Origin: Cyanophora paradoxa CCMP329
Lineage: Eukaryota; Plantae; Glaucophyta
NCBI GenBank assembly: GCA_004431415.1
Contig: QPMI01000031.1
Coordinates: 28,604-92,603, forward strand
Length of the DNA: 64,000 nucleotides
Direction of reading: 5' to 3'
Below, piece after piece: positions 60,630 through 64,000 of the stretch (its first letter is position 1; each line of letters opens with the position of its first letter). The notes under the pieces are model-generated. The model worked only from the letters and a program-made list of their open reading frames with translations, did no database searches and was not told the DNA's origin. The position numbers and the translations under genes are program-made.

Positions 60630-62100
60630 TAGTGTACAATGAGCAATCATGACTCCGGGGAAATTGAAGCCGGGCCCGGGGCTCATGAATGATATCGATA
60701 ATGATCATCATGGCATCGGACCACGACTTGCGATCGGAGCAGGCAGGGCAGCCAGGCCCGGGGCTTATGATCATATCATGACTCATGACGAGCCCAGACC
60801 CGGGCCTCATGATCAGCTCTTGCTCCCACACTAGGCAAGCCAGGCACGCCGCCCAAGGTCCCGTCAGCTCCGCCCCAAGTTCCCCGCTGGCTCAGCCCAA
60901 GACCCCCGGCCGCCCTGTGCGCCCGCGTAACCCCCCCCCCCCCCCCGAAGCCGGTCCGCGTACCCCCCATCCCCCCAGGCATGCGGCCCCGCCCCCCAGC
61001 GCCCGCCAAGGCCCCCCGACCCTGCCTGGTGCCGACTCCCCCGCCAAGATCCCCCTTCCCATTCCACCCCCCGACCCCCAGCGCCCGCCAAGGCCCCCCC
61101 GACCCTGCCTGGTGCCGACTCCCCGCCAAGACCCCCCTTCCATTCCACCATCCCCGGGGGGCTAGTTAGAACTCGGAAGGCAGTTTGGGTAGGTCCAGCC
61201 CTCCTAGCAACGAATGTCCTGGCCCGGCTATATAATAGCCTATATTTACCAGCGTTCAGGTCGCATTTGTGGTCTCTGCCAATACAACAATGCCCCGTAT
61301 GGCTATTTGGAAAAAAGCTAGTGTACAATGAGCAATCATAACTCCGGAGAAATTGAAGCCGGGCCGGGGCTCATGAATGATATCGATAATGATCATCGGA
61401 CCGTACCACGACTTGCGATCGTGACATCGGCTACAGTTGAAGGCAGGCCTAGGGCAGCCAGGCCGGGGCTTATATGATCATATCATGACTCATCATGGCA
61501 TGACGAGCCCAGGCCCGGGCCTCATGATCAGCACCGTACATGCGCGTGGCACGGCGGCAGTGGCAGAGGCGAGGACTCCAGGAGCTAGAGCCCTCAGGGC
61601 GCCCGGCCTCGGAGGCGCCGGCCCCGGGGCGAGGTACCGGTGGGATCACAGCTGCAGGCCCTGAGGCAGGGCAGCCAGGTCCGGGGCTCATGATCATGTC
61701 ATGTCTCGTAATGAGCACTGACTCAGTGAACATGTGGCAGTGCGGCATTGGCAGACTTTGAGATCTTTAGGAAGCCTTGAAGGGAGCCCGCGGAGGCCCC
61801 TGGGGCCCAGGCGGGGAAAATGTGACTTCCGCTGCAGGGAGGGCAACCAAGCCCGGGCCCGGGCCTCATGATCATGAGCATGATTCGTGATCAGCACCGT
61901 ACATGCGCGTGGCACGGCGGCAGTGGCAGAGGCAAGTAGCCCCGGGGCGCCGGCGGCGAGGTGCGATCACATGTACAGCCGCTGAGCTGCAGGAAGGGCA
62001 GCCATGCCCGGGGCCCGGGCTCATGATCAAGATCACGACCCGTGCCCGGCCATCGGAACGTTAACTCCAGTACATGATCATGATTGGTCCTAGTACACTG
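60630..62100. mobile_element. Non-autonomous TIR element (MITE-like) with a duplicated left end (60630 and 61319)
   Basis: Left TAGTGTACAATGAGCAATCATGA versus right end reverse complement CAGTGTACTAGGACCAATCATGA. Internal GGCCCGGGCCTCATGATCA-type repeats. No TSD found. Confidence 0.6.
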
Positions 62101-62102
62101 TT

Positions 62103-64000
62103 CTAAGAAGCCGGAAGACATTCATTACACGACGGCATCATGCAAGTCATTTCTCCGTAAAGTCCTCTTAACATAGCTGCATATGTATCCCGAAAATGAA
62201 AATCACACGAGCGCTGCGCCGCCTGCTGACGGAAGTCCAGAAGACGGCATTTCTCGTTTCCCTCCGTGTACACGACGTAGCCGCAGGCATTTCGTCCAGT
62301 ATGGCCTCCGCACAAACACTCCGAAATCGTCCAGTATGGGAGAATGTGAAGCAGACGCGCGGCATAGTCGTCGGTGACACTACCGCGGCAACGACTGAAA
62401 GCAATACTGCACTCTGCCAGCACGTCCGGCTTGCATCGCGCCAAAGGAATCAGCTCTTGCATCCAAATATCCAATGGAACAGATGCATCGCTCTCCTGCG
62501 GGGAAGACAGGGCTTCCGAAAGCGGCTGATAACCTATCGGCCATTCTGTTGAGAGCTTGGAAGGTCTAAAGTTTTCGAAAACGACATGGATTCGTTGAAG
62601 ACGTTTGCATGTCGAGAGAGCAATCGCGACCGGTTCTCCAAAAGGTTCACCCACGTAACAAAACTCACGCAACGTGTTCCTTGCTGCAAAGATGAGTTCG
62701 GCAAGTGCCACCGAAACATAATCTCGAGCTCCAACAAGGTGAAGGCTGACACTCTTTAACTGGGAACTGAGATGGCGAGAGCTGAGGGCATCACTCCATG
62801 CAGACAGGCATTCTTGCTGATTCTCATGGGCAATAAACCTTCATTCGGCTCCGCCATGTCATCGTATATGCGACGGAAGCGCAGATGAAACGTGAGGCGG
62901 AGATGTAGGAGAGACGGTATATTTGAAGAAAGTGACGCAAGTCGATTAGATTCATGGTGATTCAAAATCACATAACTCATGCTCTGAAGTGATCTGCTGA
63001 ACGGAATCTTGCATGTTGATTGGGAAAGTAATCCAGATTTCGCTTCGCCAGCCATGTGCAAGGAACATGAAATGCACAAGATTCCTGAACTCAGGTCAGA
63101 GAACGTGCTTAATGTTTGAAAAATACTTTCAGACCAGTTTAGCAATCGCAGAAATATCGTTGCAATCGAAGACGACCCATGCTTCAAGGCCATAAGAGAC
63201 GACGAAATACCAAATCCAGTCTGCGGGGGCCGGAACCGCCGAAAATGACATTTGGAAGTGTTCGCGATGAGCTCGCGATTTCTTTGTCCGAGTCTTCAGT
63301 GTCGGACAGATAATCGATCACACCAAAATCGAGGCTATGATCGCAGTGAACATCCCCTTTCGCATTGGAAAGTCGAGCACTGCGCACGTGGAAGTTCAGA
63401 TAATGAACGTATGACACCAGTAATAATCCAACGAAGCTACCAAGAGTTTTCAAATTGACACTGCCACTGCTAGCAATAGGTGGAGAGTTTTCGCGCCGTA
63501 AAAAGGAACGTTTTCACCCGAATCTCCAGTTCCTGTGCAAATAAGACTTGTTGTTGAGTGGGATGCATTCAAAGCACTGCAGGTTTGGAAGGGCAGCGAC
63601 GAGCTGTGAAGGAGTTCGAGCGGTGACATTCTGCAGAGGAACACGAAGACAGACGAGTGCCCGCGTTGCAGCTCCAATTCGTAGAAATCATCCAGCTCGA
63701 AAAATCCGCCGATGCCATGTGAACGCAAATCAAGCGACTGAAGGCGATGCAAACTCTGCATAAAAGATAGGAAGGTGTTGAAATGTTGCATCGATGGAAT
63801 CGATGCGCTGAAATTGGACGGCTCGGTAAAATCGCAGCTGAGATGTGGCACCGAATCAGTTTCAGTATGTCGAAGATACTCCTCGAAGTGCCGGATATTA
63901 CGATGCTCACAAATGTCAAGACGAACAGCCGAGAGACCGTTCCCGAGTGTTTCGATTACAGCGGAGCGGAATGCGTGGGAGTCTGGAACAGAACACTCGA
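62103..64000 (-). CDS. Partial LRR-like (probably F-box/LRR family) multi-exon gene, 5' end outside the window
   Basis: Exon peptides LQSLDLRSH, LLHLRLTF and LQRIHVVF in stacked minus-strand ORFs. Confidence 0.45.

Overview
Eukaryotic, GC-rich, intron-dense DNA. The short spliceosomal introns are often GC-AG; the organism cannot be assigned from the sequence alone. There are three zones. (1) 0.4-12.7 kb is a very GC-rich host-gene block: a soluble adenylyl cyclase (ADCY10-like cyclase-STAND-TPR) gene, an unknown gene, and a Nop15/NIFK-like RRM gene with two box C/D snoRNAs in one intron. (2) 15.1-35.9 kb is an L1/Tx1-type non-LTR retrotransposon bounded by a 16-bp target-site duplication and a poly(A) tail. 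Its EN-RT ORF comes first, followed by an antisense RNase H1 hybrid-binding-domain gene and a spliced sense gene. It is interrupted by an 11.3-kb block flanked by a 488-bp direct duplication; that block encodes a RAG1/Transib-like transposase tail-to-tail with a BAH-domain gene. (3) 36-64 kb is a lower-GC accessory island. It holds six small genes that fuse a histone H3 N-terminal-tail mimic to a novel ~100-aa domain, one copy with a natural K9-to-M substitution (ARMSTGGKAPRK). It also holds a Ulp1/C48 SUMO protease, a degenerate 3'-5' exonuclease-coiled-coil gene, three F-box genes, a partial LRR-like gene and a MITE-like element. The strongest candidate for a new system is the H3-tail/K9M mimic family, possibly an anti-silencing cassette; second is the RAG1-like plus BAH gene pair. 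Gene boundaries were read by eye across introns and are approximate, and several frameshifts may be assembly errors.
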